Positions 24,230 through 37,272 of a stretch of 64,000 bases of DNA are shown here, piece after piece (position 1 is the stretch's first letter; every line of letters begins with the position of its first letter). The translations under genes were made by a program, and so were the position numbers. This DNA comes from Octopus sinensis (lineage: Eukaryota), in the NCBI RefSeq assembly GCF_006345805.1, contig NC_042997.1, positions 25,730,001-25,794,000 on the forward strand. Direction: 5' to 3'. The notes below the pieces were generated by a model. That model was given only the letters and a program-made list of their open reading frames with translations, was not told the DNA's origin and did not search any database.

Positions 24230-24378
24230 TACAGGCGGAAGTTTTGTGACACGACAGGAAGTAAATTGGGGTTGTACGGGAGGACTGAAGGTATAACATC
24301 ATAGTTAAAAACGTGGAGCAGGGAGAATGTTTTAAAAATCCGTCGTTACACTGCAATCTGACATCTATGACTGAAAAG
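24230..24378 (+). promoter_or_regulatory. Possible promoter/first exon (two GGAAGT ETS-type motifs, then ATG-ACT-GAA-AAG|GTAAGA)
   Basis: gcggaagt at 24235-24242 and caggaagt at 24255-24262, ATG at 24367, consensus splice donor at 24379. Based on sequence motifs only. Confidence 0.2.
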
Positions 24379-26656
24379 GTAAGAAACGAATAGAACACAT
24401 ACACAAACGGCCTTTAGTAAAAAAATTCGAGCCAGACTCTTTCGAAGGCATACCCGATATGATACAGAGGACAATAATACTGCTTTTAATCAAATTGAAA
24501 TAAGGTATTAACCAGTGGTTGAAGTGTATATCTAAGAAAGTATCCAGTGAATTTCGCTTTACGGAGGCTGTTCGGGCAACTAAGGAAGCAAAGAAAGCTC
24601 CTGATGAAATATGTTACTCTACATATATAATCAGCACAAATTTTGTCTGAATCGATTTCCGTAGTCGATATATATATAACGACTAATAAAATATTGGGTT
24701 CTACTTAATTTGGGTCACAGATTTTTATCCTTCTTCCTGTTTAATACTATCTTTCGGTTTTCAGTTATATTTAGCGGATTCTTGTTTGGTGTCAATTCCC
24801 CTTCTTTTTAACAACAGTCGCGAAGACACTGAAAAATATAGCTGTTTACCTATCTGGCTCTCTTCAATAAGTCATATGAAAGTAATAATAAAATAATACA
24901 TTCTTTATATCCTGAATTCCCAAATTGGTAGCCTCGTTTTGGGAATTGATATTTCTCATTTCCACTTTTTATTCGAGAGGTGTTTTTGTTTTATCATTTT
25001 ATTTGTTATTTTGACACCACATAATATATAATTTTACAACCTCTCTAGCATTGTAAACGTGCTTATGTATGACTGTATGCTGTGTATGTGTGTGTGTGTG
25101 TGCGTGTGTGTGTGTTTAGAGAGACAAACATATAGATAGATCAGAAAATGTCCTTTACTCAAATGATAATATAACCCTTAAGCAAAATACCTTATCCCTT
25201 CATAAATATCTATAACGCATTTATAATCTATGTTGTTTTTCCGTAGTTTGCTATCCTACTTCAAATATAAACAGATATGTCAGATAAGATATTGTGAAAA
25301 TATAATTTATCTTGACGCAAATAATATCACATTAACAGTTTGGACTACGCATTGACTCAGTATTTTAGTGTCACGAACATAAATCTTCATTGTCCTCATT
25401 TAAATAATATTATTACAAGGAGTATCATACACAATTTGAGTAATATTTCCTAATCACAGGCAGAATTAGAGCAAGAAACTGGCTGAGGCATACGTTCACA
25501 TATATGTATAGTGATGTAAATAGTGTACAGTAAGAAGATGGTTTACAAAAATCCCTGCTAACGTTTAGTATCTAAATGTGTTTTACGCCGCTTTCATTGG
25601 CATAGCCCCGAGAAGAAGAATTGAAAGTAGATTAGCCTCGTTTCAGCAGATTAGCCTCGTTTGAGCTCCCGAATATGAGCTGAATTTAGAAACCTAGTCT
25701 TAACTGCAAGGTTTCCAGAAATTGATGTGTCTGTGTGTGTGTGTGTGTATAGTCATTTATGTGATAGTCGTTTATGTGATAGTACATGTGATAGCCATTT
25801 ATGTTATAGACAAAGAAAGACAGGAAGCACACACCACTTCCAACATTTCTCAGATGTTAAGTTCAGTGCATTTGACATTCATTTGGAACAATTATATATA
25901 GATCCTGCGACCGGAATCGGATTCACTGCAATCTCTTCTATACCATAGAACAGTTATTTGTTGAGATGGAATCGATGAAAATATTGACGTGACAAAAATT
26001 TAACTTTGGAAATCAGTACATAGGAAGACTCCACAAAAGTATGTCACGTTCTTTCGGCTCCACAATAATTTTGGTGTCTTCTAGTTAAAAGAATGGTAAG
26101 TAAACGAAAAAAAACGAAAATTACGATAAAATTTCATAAAAATAGATCATCTTGTTTTCAGCGTTTTGAAGCAGAACTGTGTTTAGAAATATCGCCTTCG
26201 TGACGTCCATCAAGATAAATGATCATCTGTTAGTGTAATGTCCAATTTGTGAAAGATTTGTTTGCAATGTTTAGCAAATTACGGGATTGTGTAACAGTTA
26301 CCACGTTGGTTACCATATGAGACGTTAAGAGAGATGTGACGGATAAACAGACTTCTACAGAAAATATTATGCATTGATTTATATTTACAAGAAAAAGTAC
26401 TGCAATATAGTCCCAATAACAATGAATAAAATTTACTCTTCCGCCTTGGATCAGAAGCAGAAACATGGTTGGAACGTCTATGAAATTCTGTGAACCAATT
26501 CATTTATCAGTAAGTACTTAGGTTTGTATTAATGTGGACGCATAAATATGCATATATGACCGTGTAAGAGCCTCACAGACAGAGACACACACATACACAC
26601 ACGTATATATGCATATATGTATTAAATATGATATATTATATGCATATATGTATTAG

Positions 26657-26698
<42 letters not shown>

Positions 26699-26715
26699 AC
26701 GTATACACATGTATT

Positions 26716-26766
<51 letters not shown>

Positions 26767-26768
<2 letters not shown>

Positions 26769-27160
26769 CGCAGGAATGGCTGTGTGGTAAGTAGCTTGCT
26801 TACAAACCACATTGTTCCGGATGCAGTCCCACTGCGTGGCATCTTGGGCAAGTGTCTTCTGGTATAGCCCCGGGCCGACCAATGCCTTGTGAGTGGATTT
26901 GGTAGACGGAAACTGAAAGAAGCCTGTCGTATATATGTATATATATATATATATGTATGTGTGTCTGTGTTTGTCTCCCTAGCATTGCTTAACAACCAAT
27001 GCTGGTGTGTTTACGTCCCCGTCACTTAGAGACCGATAGAATAAGTACTGGGCTTACAAAGTATGAGTGCCGGGGTCGATTTGCTCGACTAAAGGCGGTG
27101 CTCCAGCATGGCCGCAGTCAAATGACTGAAACAAGTAAAAGAGTAAAAGAGTAAAGAGTA
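26767..27160 (+). mobile_element. SINE family C, full length, (GTAAAAGA)n tail
   Basis: Matches the family C consensus seen at 36468 and 45271. Confidence 0.9.
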
Positions 27161-27364
27161 TAGTGTGGCGTGTAAGCTTGCTTCCCAACCACATGGTTCC
27201 GGGTTCAGTCCCACTACGTGGCACTTTGGTCACGTGTCTTCTACTATAGCCTCGGGCCGACTAAAAGCTTTTGAGTGGATTTGGTAGACGGAAACTGAAA
27301 GAAGTGCGTCGTATATATATCTATATATCTATATCTATATCTATCTATATATATATATATATAT

Positions 27365-27409
<45 letters not shown>

Positions 27410-27636
27410 TATATGTATGGTGTCTGTGTCGTGTCTTTGTGTTTGTCCCCACCATCGTTGACAACCCATGATCTTTTGTTACGTTCCGTTACTGAGCAGT
27501 TCGGGGGGGAAACGATACGATAGAATAAGTACTTAGCTAACAAGAATAAGTTCCGGGGTTCATTGTTCGACTAAAGGAGGTGCTGTAGCATGGCCCCAGT
27601 CAAATTACTGAAACAAATAAAAGAATAAAAGAATAC
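27161..27636 (+). mobile_element. SINE family C, second copy directly abutting the first
   Basis: More diverged head/core/tail with an expanded internal (TA)n. Confidence 0.85.
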
Positions 27637-27658
27637 AATAATATATAAAACATATATT

Positions 27659-27706
<48 letters not shown>

Positions 27707-28138
27707 ATATATGTATATATTACATATTTTAGTATGTATGTATATGTGTGTGTGTGCATATGTGTGTGTGTGTGTGTGTGTAAAATTGTTAAGCTGTGAA
27801 GAATTGCTTCTCAACACAGTAGAAAACACCTAAATCCAAGCCCTAAGATCCTGCCTATCGAAAGGTATGATGTGATTTCTAGTTTCACTTCACTCCTTCA
27901 TTCATTTTTTTCAATTCCCTTCACTAATAAATCATTATTTCAATGTATTTATATGACTTAAAATATAAGACATTACAATGTATAATATGGGGGTTACATG
28001 AAGCAACAAACATTCCATCTGCCAATATATAACTTTGAGAGAAAAACTAGGTGTAGATAATAATCTACTGTATGAAATTAATTATTCATACTTTTCTAAA
28101 TATTCTATAGGGATAAAGTAGATTTTACATTAAACAAC

Positions 28139-28139
28139 C

Positions 28140-28212
<73 letters not shown>

Positions 28213-28232
28213 CATACATATATATATATATA
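28139..28232. repeat. (ATCT)n then (AT)n microsatellite
   Basis: Direct inspection. Confidence 0.95.
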
Positions 28233-28234
28233 AT

Positions 28235-28298
28235 ATACAATTGTTCGTTTGTTTTCCACCTGCCTTCGTCTTTTGTTTATTTTCAAAAAGCTTCCCGT
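28235..28298 (+). mobile_element. Isolated extreme 3' end of PLE family alpha, embedded in (TA)n
   Basis: atacaattgttcgtttgttttccacctgccttcgtcttttgtttattttcaaaaagcttcccgtt is nearly the exact reverse complement of 1346-1410. Confidence 0.85.
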
Positions 28299-30671
28299 TA
28301 TATATATATATATATGAAAAAATTGTATGGTAAAAAAACCGCCATAGCGTACACTGAGTGTACAACCGATATATATATATATACATACATACATACATAC
28401 ATCCATATACATACATCATATATACATGCATGCTTACGTAGACATATACAAATAGATACATGGAGATATATAAATAGAAAGATAGATTATATTCGTATAC
28501 ACTCATAAAAAAGAAATATATATAATATACGATAAAACAATAAATATAAATAAATCATATATTATATATAAATAATTATGTTATAATTTTAAGACACATA
28601 TATATAAAATAAATATATAAAATACATAAATTCTTTGTGTATATATGTATAATACAGAAATATATTAATTATAAATATATACACTGACAAATATGGAAAC
28701 GTTAAATATTTATGGCATTTAACAAGATATATACTTTTACAAATAATTAAGTAGTATAAAAATAACTGTCATTCTGGTGAATAAGAAATATTGCTTTCTT
28801 TTGTCAGTTTTATTACAGTTTAAGCTCTATATTAATGATTTATCTATATATATATACATATATATCTATATCAAAGGTAAGTTAGTACGTGTACAAGTCG
28901 CCTACATGCCAGAAAAAGACGCCAATGTCTAAAAACTATCTTAAGATATCACCCTAAAATATAAACACGCGCCGTATTCGAACAAATAAACGAAAAATAT
29001 TCATAAAACGGTTAAGATAGAATTGAAAAAGAAAAAATAACCTTCGTTTCGCTTTGTTACGTTTACGTCCGATTCCCGGTGCTTCCAGAGTGGAAGCAAT
29101 ATTATCGATAATTTCTGAAATTGCGTTTGAATCCTCCAGCCGATAACTAACGAAGGATTAGTGACATATGTTTTCTGTCCGCCTGTGTATTTATTATATG
29201 TTTGTTTTTCTATTTACTTCAGCTTTTAATATATATATATAGGTAGGTAGGTCATATTTTCCGCTTGTTGTTTTTTTATTTAATCCTGAAAATATACATA
29301 CAAACATTCATATATCAGCTAGCAACTAGCGATCAAACTTGTCACTGCCACTACAATTACGGTATTTTTCTGGTGTTTATGCCGCTATGTGCTTTGTTTT
29401 ACCTTCCTGTTTTTGATAATGTTATTCTAAATCTAAATGTGTTTGTTGTTGATTATAGTAAAATAAAATTATGACAATGGCAATATATCTCATAGTTGTA
29501 AATTATGGCATTTTGAAAGTACATTACACGTCAACAACAGGAAAGCTAGTTGCGGACTGGTTGATCTGTAGGTCTTTTAAACACCGGTGCGCATTATATG
29601 CGGATAAAACACTGATGTCGGGCAAACGAATAAATATATGCAAATAATATTTCTTCCTTCCTGTTGTTTATTTTTCGATGGTTACTGGTTACTCTGACGC
29701 AAGAAGCCCCCACCTCAAAAAAAAAAAATAAGCGTGTAATATTCAACGCAGGCTGTAAGCAAAAAATGAAGTAAAACAGAGCGCTATCCTAAATATGCTA
29801 CGTCCGACCATATGGTTATGCATAGAATAGAATTCTTGTATATGCACGAACATACAACTTTTATGTAAAGAAATTAAAGTTATAGAAGCAAGTATTGTTA
29901 AGTCAATAATTTGATAAAATAAATTTGCTTCAATAATTCACCAGAAATTATTTTAGACAATAAAAATTTTAATAAGTAAGCACCAACTTTAGCGACAAAG
30001 AAAAAATATACTCTGATAACTTTCACCTATCTTGTACGTAATGAAATAAGTGGCCTATGAAAATTCTGTTTGACAATTGCTACAATCTTTGTTTTTCAAT
30101 TGGGTTATATTTGTAAAGAAATGGGGAAGAATACCACTTCTTTAAATTCAAGAATTTTAAATTAAATCGAAAATGGCAGTTTATTATCGAGTTTCCATAA
30201 CTTTGAAAATATTTATCCTCTCATATTGCTGAAATAAGTTTCCAAATACTACGATAAAAATAAAAATTAAATATGATTTTAAAATTTAAAGGACGGAGAT
30301 AATATTGTTTCAACTTCTACTGTTATATATTATATTTTCTGCAGGGTTTTGTCTCAACTGATATTGTTTAACATTTCATCATTTAAATTTTGAAAGTTTA
30401 AAAATAAATACCTAAATAAAATGAAACGTCATTTAAAAGTAAAGAGCAAAATTAGAATTTGACATGTGGAATTCTTGGTGGAATCGTGAAAATAATCTTT
30501 TGGATGGGTTACATCATATCATCTTTCAGCTTATCACCTTCCTTTATTTTCCCATCTTTAGCCTTTTGTTCTCTTTTTATACTTTTTCAAGTTTCCTCTC
30601 AAGCTTCTATAATACCAAAATCTATGTGTATGCGTTCGTTTTTTATGTTCATTCATATATGCGTTCAATAA

Positions 30672-30777
30672 TTCTTCTTCTTCTTCTTCTTCTTCTTCTT
30701 CTTCTTCTTCTTCTTCTTCTTCTCTTCTTCTTCTTCTTCTTCTTCTTCTTCTTCTTCTTCTTCTTCTTCTTTTTCTT

Positions 30778-30811
<34 letters not shown>

Positions 30812-30838
30812 GTAGTAGTAGTAGTAGTAGTAGTAGTA
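30672..30838. repeat. Compound (TTC)n-(ATT)n-(AGT)n microsatellite
   Basis: Direct inspection. Confidence 0.95.
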
Positions 30839-31215
30839 CTTCCGCATTAGCTAAAGTGGAGGTATTATTTCAGTCGTGTTTGTTTGTTTGTTTATTTGTT
30901 TGTCCCAGACAAGTTGTCTCAAGAATCGCTGGATGGATTCGGATGAAACTTTAAGGTATATTTTGCCTCGTGACTGGCACGAACGGATTAGATCTTGGGA
31001 TAGATCCGGCACCGGACAAGGTTTCTGGATTATTTTTTTTCCGTTTTTTTAAATTTAATTTTTGAGAGTGGTCATTTTTAGTATTCCCGTTTGTGAGAGC
31101 AGTCGAGTGTATTTCAGATATTCACATCTTAAAAATCACCTCTGGCTAATCGTTCAGAGGACGATGGTGTTGCCTTGGCGGATGTTTGCGCTCCCTGAGT
31201 CCACTGCTAATATTT
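30837..31215 (+). mobile_element. Helentron-associated non-autonomous element (HINE/DINE-1-like)
   Basis: 5' hairpin tacttccgc...gtggaggta, (GTTT)n microsatellite near the 5' end, and 3' ccttggcggatgtttgcgctccctgagt, matching the known layout of such elements. Confidence 0.55.
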
Positions 31216-31339
31216 TCGTTTCTCAGACGTTCAATCTTATTTGATCTTGTAGATTCAGAGAGAGCGGACAGCAGCCTGCCGTCAGAGGTCTATCTTTCCG
31301 CACATTATAAGCTTTGATACTTGGTTGCTAATTATCGTA

Positions 31340-31625
31340 GGTGACATTCAACATCCAAGTACCAATCTTAAAATCCTAGCTGACCTAAAGAGAACAATTT
31401 TTCGGGCTTGCTCTGCTCTCATGTCAATCCCGATTTCTTAAGAATATTGCTCAAACTTGGTTGTTGATGCACCGAGTGCCCCTACAACAATTGGAATGAC
31501 AGACACTCTTCTCATAGTCCACATTTTAGCTATTTCGTCTTTTTGTGGCCTGTACTTTTCAATATTTTTTTAGTTCTTTGTCACTTATGCGTGCCTCTCC
31601 AAGTATTGCAATATTTATGATATTA
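31340..31625 (-). mobile_element. R4/Dong-like LINE 3' end (restriction-like endonuclease)
   Basis: Minus-strand INIAILGEARISDKEL..IEKY....EIAKMWTMRRVSVIPIVVGALGA...ARILRLVLG. Confidence 0.65.
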
Positions 31626-31694
31626 TTATCATTGAGTGAGAGAGCAGTGCACGTCATCAAAGTGACACTGGGCTAAAATACACAACTGTTGGAA

Positions 31695-31845
31695 TTTACA
31701 AAAAACAAAAGTGCAAAAACAAAAGACGAAGACGGGTGCTTAAACAAACAAACAGATGTATTAGTTTAACGCTCGGGAGGTGAGAAAGTCTTTTGCGCTT
31801 CGAGGCTACGCTCTTCAACAGAAACGAACACGGAAATAAGCAACG
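31695..31845 (-). mobile_element. Old PLE family alpha terminal repeat with degenerate hammerhead
   Basis: Similar to 1360-1490. Minus strand CUGUUGA-A-GAGC(GUAG)CCUC-GAAG. Confidence 0.7.
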
Positions 31846-32185
31846 CCCAATATGCCCATTATGATTACTCGTCTGATAAAGGTACACCAGACCCATGCAC
31901 CACAACCATATTTGCGCGACATGGTAATCTCATATCAAGATAAACAGCGCATGATCTTGGAGTTGAGACCCTGTTAGAATTTTCTTCAGATCAAGTAGCC
32001 CATCCCGCTCAAAAGGTCCCCGAATAAGAGTTGTTTAATGACGTTGAATGAAGCATCCATGTTTCCACAAGTGAATTATTCAGCTCCCAAAGAATTCTTC
32101 TCAACACATGACTATGATGCTCCCCCGCTTACTTTTACTCGTGATCTGTGATGCACATAGCGTCAGCCACTAAGGGATACGCCCA
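31846..32185. repeat. Probable interspersed repeat, unclassified
   Basis: GC-elevated block between recognisable elements. No second copy in this window. Confidence 0.25.
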
Positions 32186-32559
32186 AATAGTAACGACAAA
32201 TGAAACGAACAAATCTGGTACTAAGCAGAATATTTACTGTAACCCATCTTATATACCAAAACAAGACATGTACATGATAACCTTTATTATTATTTTCTCT
32301 TTATCACAGGTTCGTTCTTAACTGTCATAGCCGGCCTATTTCGTGCTTAAGAGGGTTGTATCTATCAATCTTTTAGCCTTCCTTCTTGATTACTCGTGGG
32401 TCAAAGGGGCACGCAACCCCAACTACATAGCACACATGGTGCACCTTGTCCACCATTACTAGGTCCGGTCTGCTATGCTCTAGCATCCGATGTCTTTGGG
32501 TTGGGAAATTCCAGAGGATTTTTGCAACTCCTCGACTCTGTCACTCTCTGCTGTTTATG

Positions 32560-33340
32560 CTCATACCGCGTCTTGCGTTTCTCTAGCCCCCACAGTTTGC
32601 CCAGTTTCCAATGTAGCTATCTGAACAACAACTTTTAGTTGTTTGGGGCAGGTCTAGGACATTCGTTTGTGATATGGGCTAGGGTTTCATCTACTCTATT
32701 GCAGATACGAAACAGCAGAGACACTTGCTATTTCCTCAGGCTAGCTCTCCAATTTGTGACCAGAGCTTGGTCCTGCGCTGTCAGTATAGTGCACTCGGTC
32801 TCTTCGTTTAGCGTTCCTTTCATCAGCCAATCCCACATATTTTCTCCAGCAACTTCTGTTGTGGCTACATGGAAATTGATTGTGTATTCCCTTCTTGAAA
32901 AATTCTCTTCATGCCCTTTTTGTACTTTTTCCATTGTTTTCCCTTTTTCTCTGTTCTCAACTCAACGCTCCCTCGTTCATAACTGTCATTAGCAAAGTTT
33001 CTTTACTTTGGGCTAGGTATATCATGAAGCCTTGATTTCGATATGCATGCATTCTTCCACACTTATCACCCCACTTTATTTTTCCTGTTTGTATGTATAG
33101 GCGATCAGTGGATGATGGTTCTATGCATCTTCTTTAGCTACTCCTCTATCTACTTCAGGATTCCAGCGCCATACCGAACTACTATGAATGCGCCTGTGTT
33201 TATTGCCAAAATTTCAAACCAATATTTTTCTCTCTCACCTCAGGTATTCCCTTTTTGTCTTTTCCTTCATGACGTGGTATTTGATACCATCTGCCTCAAG
33301 CATCCACAGGAATTTATAGCGAGAATAGGGTTGAATTGCT
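32560..33340 (-). mobile_element. R4/Dong-like LINE RT-thumb/CCHC region, decayed
   Basis: WDWLMKGTLNEETECTILTAQDQALVTN (ORF 32728-32934), plus AINT..VVRYGAGILK and DRLY..ISVEEC further 5'. Confidence 0.7.
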
Positions 33341-33349
33341 TTCATCATA

Positions 33350-33407
33350 GCTATTATCATCATCATCAACATCATCATCATGATTATTATTATTGTTATT
33401 ATTATTA

Positions 33408-33440
<33 letters not shown>

Positions 33441-33497
33441 TATTATTATTATTATTATATTATTATTATCATTATGATTATTATTATTATTATTATG

Positions 33498-33536
<39 letters not shown>

Positions 33537-33716
33537 TGTTGTTGTTGTTGTTGTTAGTATTATACATATTATGCATACATACATACATAAATACATACAT
33601 ACATGCATGCATACATGCATACATACATAAATACATACATACATAAATGCATACGTACATAGATACATACATACATACATACATACATACATACATACAT
33701 ACATACATACATACAT
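33350..33716. repeat. Compound (CAT)-(TAT)-(GTT)-(ATAC)n microsatellite
   Basis: Direct inspection. Confidence 0.95.
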
Positions 33717-34114
33717 GAAGTTTTCTCTTCTCATCAATATTTGTCAGTTACTTGAAATTGAAGTTACTCTAAAATATCCTAACGCATATGTTTTCATTTT
33801 CCTTGTCCATCACGTCGTTTCATTTCTCACCATTTGTCTATCTTTTTTTTTTTGTTTAGATACGACCTTATTTTTCTCTACTTTTTCTTCTTTACAGTTT
33901 CATCGACATTTCCTGCCACCAAAACTATAACGCCCACGCAGTTTTACCTGTTTACCAACTTCAGTGAACAATAACGTCGATGACCTGACTTCCTGCTATC
34001 TACTAAGAGAACTCCCTACCCTATCTGTCCAACAAAGGCACACCTATTTCGTCAAAAAACTAGCTACAATGAACAGCCGATTTGCCCTCACACACCTCAT
34101 ATCCCTTACCTTAG

Positions 34115-34163
<49 letters not shown>

Positions 34164-34398
34164 CATATGCTCACACATTCTAAGTCGTGTATATAAATAT
34201 ATATATATATATATATAATGCATATGTATATTACATATATGTATATATATCTAAGTATGCATGTGTGTACATAGATAGATATACAGGCAGATATAGACAT
34301 TAATATATATGTAAATATATATATGCGTATGTCTACAAACATAAAGTTAGATACACACGCCACACTCAGAAACATACACATACACGCATTTATATACG

Positions 34399-34431
<33 letters not shown>

Positions 34432-35029
34432 GGAGGGAGGTGGAAATAGTACAGTAGTAAGTCTAAAACTTAATAAATTTAATAAAAATATTAATAGTTA
34501 TATAAAATATTGTATAGAATAAAAAATATTACCAATTTTGCTGTATTCCATCATATCAAATATGAGTAAAAGTTTATATTAAAAACACTCTCTAATACAT
34601 TCGTATATGCTTTTACAATTGAAAGACACGATCATTTTGGTAATATATTGTTTTAATAACAAGTTTTAAAATATGGATGACCGCATGAGGTAAGCAGCAC
34701 GAGAACGTCAGCGTAGAAGGAGAGACCGGTTACGCGAGGAACAGCAGGTGGAAATAAGGAATGAAAATCGTGTGTGAGGATGACACAGGGAAGAAAGGAA
34801 ATAAGCCAACGGGAGTGGGAGTGTATCTTAGGGTATAGGAGGGAAAGAACAAATGAGCCAGGACCAAAGAGAATTGTATTTTCAAAATAAGGGAGATATA
34901 GATCAACAGAATCGAGAACAAAGGCAGGTGTACTTAGAAAATATGAGAAACAGAGCTGGATCTCTGTCGGCATAACAGCAAACCACAAAGTCACACCAGC
35001 CAGCATCACCACCATCTCCAAGCCTGTCA

Positions 35030-35095
35030 TATCTATCTATCTATCTTCTATCTATCTATATCTATCTATCTATCTATCGATCTATCTATCTATCT

Positions 35096-35136
<41 letters not shown>

Positions 35137-35207
35137 ATATCTATCTATATATATATATAATATTATATATATATATATAATATATATATATATACATATA
35201 TAATATG

Positions 35208-35279
<72 letters not shown>

Positions 35280-35285
35280 TTATGT
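35030..35285. repeat. (ATCT)n/(AT)n microsatellite
   Basis: Direct inspection. Confidence 0.95.
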
Positions 35286-35289
35286 ATTT

Positions 35290-35490
35290 ATGCGTGTGTT
35301 TGTGCGTGTGTTTGTCCCCTCCAATATCATTGCTTGATAACCGATGTTGGATTGTTAGCTGTTCAGGAGAATAGACTGAAAGAATAAGCACCAGGCTTAC
35401 AGGGGAATAAGTCCTGGGGGCAATTTATTCGACTGGAGAGTGGTGTTCCAGCATGGCCACTGTCAAATCCCTGAAACAAATAAAAGAATA
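35290..35490 (+). mobile_element. SINE family C, diverged 3' half
   Basis: tttgtccc...gaataag...ggtgttccagcatggccac...ctgaaacaaataaaagaa. Confidence 0.7.
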
Positions 35491-35664
35491 CGAGAAACAA
35501 AGACGGTCCGTACCACGAAACCAAGAGGGTTCTCTGAATATGTACGATGTATTTTAACGTTAAATAGTAATTCTGTTTACGTTTGCGTAACGGAGATATT
35601 TTTGTTGGAATATATATCTATGGGTTTTACATTTCATTCTATATTCTTAAACTGTCATAAAATA

Positions 35665-36246
35665 CTTTTCTATTATAAGCACAAGTCCTGATTTTTTTAA
35701 GGAGAGGGCCAGTCGATTAGCTCGACCCCAGTGCGTAACTGGGACTTATTTAATCGACCTCGAAAGGATGAAAGGCAAAGTCGACCTCGGCAGAATTTGA
35801 ACTCAGACCGTAAAGACAGAGGAAATACCCTTTTCTTTACTACCCACAAGGGGCTAAACACAGAGAGGACAAACAAGGACAGACAAACGGATAAAGTCGA
35901 TTATATTGACCCCAGTGCGTAACTGGTACATAGTTAATCAACTCCAAAAGTATGAAAGACAAAGTCGACCTCGGTGGAATTTGAACTCAGTATGTAAAGA
36001 CGGAGGAAATACCTACTTCTTTACTACCCACAAGGAGCTAAACACAGAGAGGACAAACAAGGACAGAGAAACGGATTAAGTCGATTATATTGACCCTAGT
36101 GCATAACTGGTACATATTTAATCAACCCCAAAAGTATGAAAGGCAAAGTCGACCTCGGCGGAATTCGAACTGAGAACGTAACGGCAGACGAAATACCGCT
36201 AAGCATTTCGCCCGGCGTGCTAATTATTCTGCCAGCTCACCGCCTT
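35665..36246 (-). mobile_element. SINE family A trimer
   Basis: Head, three core units and terminal tail on the minus strand. Confidence 0.88.
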
Positions 36247-36467
36247 TAACTGTTACAGTATAGACACATTTCTCATGGCACCAGCACACAATTTACAGAT
36301 ACTAACATTTCTTATATTTTCCGTCAATTTATCACGGGTCCAACGAATTATTATTATTATTAAACCATCACTACCAGTAGTAACAACTATAGCACAAGCG
36401 AATGAGACATATTCTACGTGACAGCTTGATGAGCTAGAAATTTGACCTGTCTTCTGTAAACTACACA

Positions 36468-36879
36468 GGCGTAGGAGTGGTTGTGCGCTAAGTAGCTTGC
36501 TTACGAACCACATGGTTCCGGGTTCAGTCCCACTGCGTGGCACCTTGGGCAAGTGTCTTCTACTATTACCTCGAGCCGACCAAAGCCGTGTGAGTGGATT
36601 CGGTAGACCGAAACTGAAAGAAGCCCGTTGTATATATGTATAAAATACATATGTATGTGTGTATATATGTTTGCGTGTCTGTGTTTGTCCCTCCAGCATC
36701 GATTGACAACTGATGCTGGTGTGTTTACGTCCCCGTAACTTAGCGGTTCGGCAAAATGGACCGATAGAATAAGTACTAGGCTTACAAAGAATAAGTCCTG
36801 GAGTCGATTTGCTCGACTAAAGGCGGTGCTCCAGCATGGCCACAGTCAAGTGACTGAAACATGTAAAAGAAAAAAAGAA
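36468..36879 (+). mobile_element. SINE family C, full length
   Basis: Matches the family C consensus. Confidence 0.9.
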
Positions 36880-37139
36880 TTTAGTAAAAGGATGCATAGC
36901 ATATTATTGTCTCGAACACATTGATCCCAAAAGAAAATATAACAATATATTCATTGCTGGAAAGATGTTAGATCATAAGTGTGTCTGCTCTATATAAACC
37001 ATCTTAGGGTTAAACAGCATCAGCAAGCACAGTGACAACAATGTGAAGGAGATTTCAATGAGTATTTCAATGGCTACCACTAACAATAACAAAAATCTAC
37101 TACCCGACTAAATAACATATTTCAATCAACATTGCCGCC

Positions 37140-37216
37140 GTTGTCGTCATTGTCATTATCATCATTATCATCATCAACATCATCAACATCATCATCATCA
37201 TCATCCTCATCATCAC

Positions 37217-37272
<56 letters not shown>

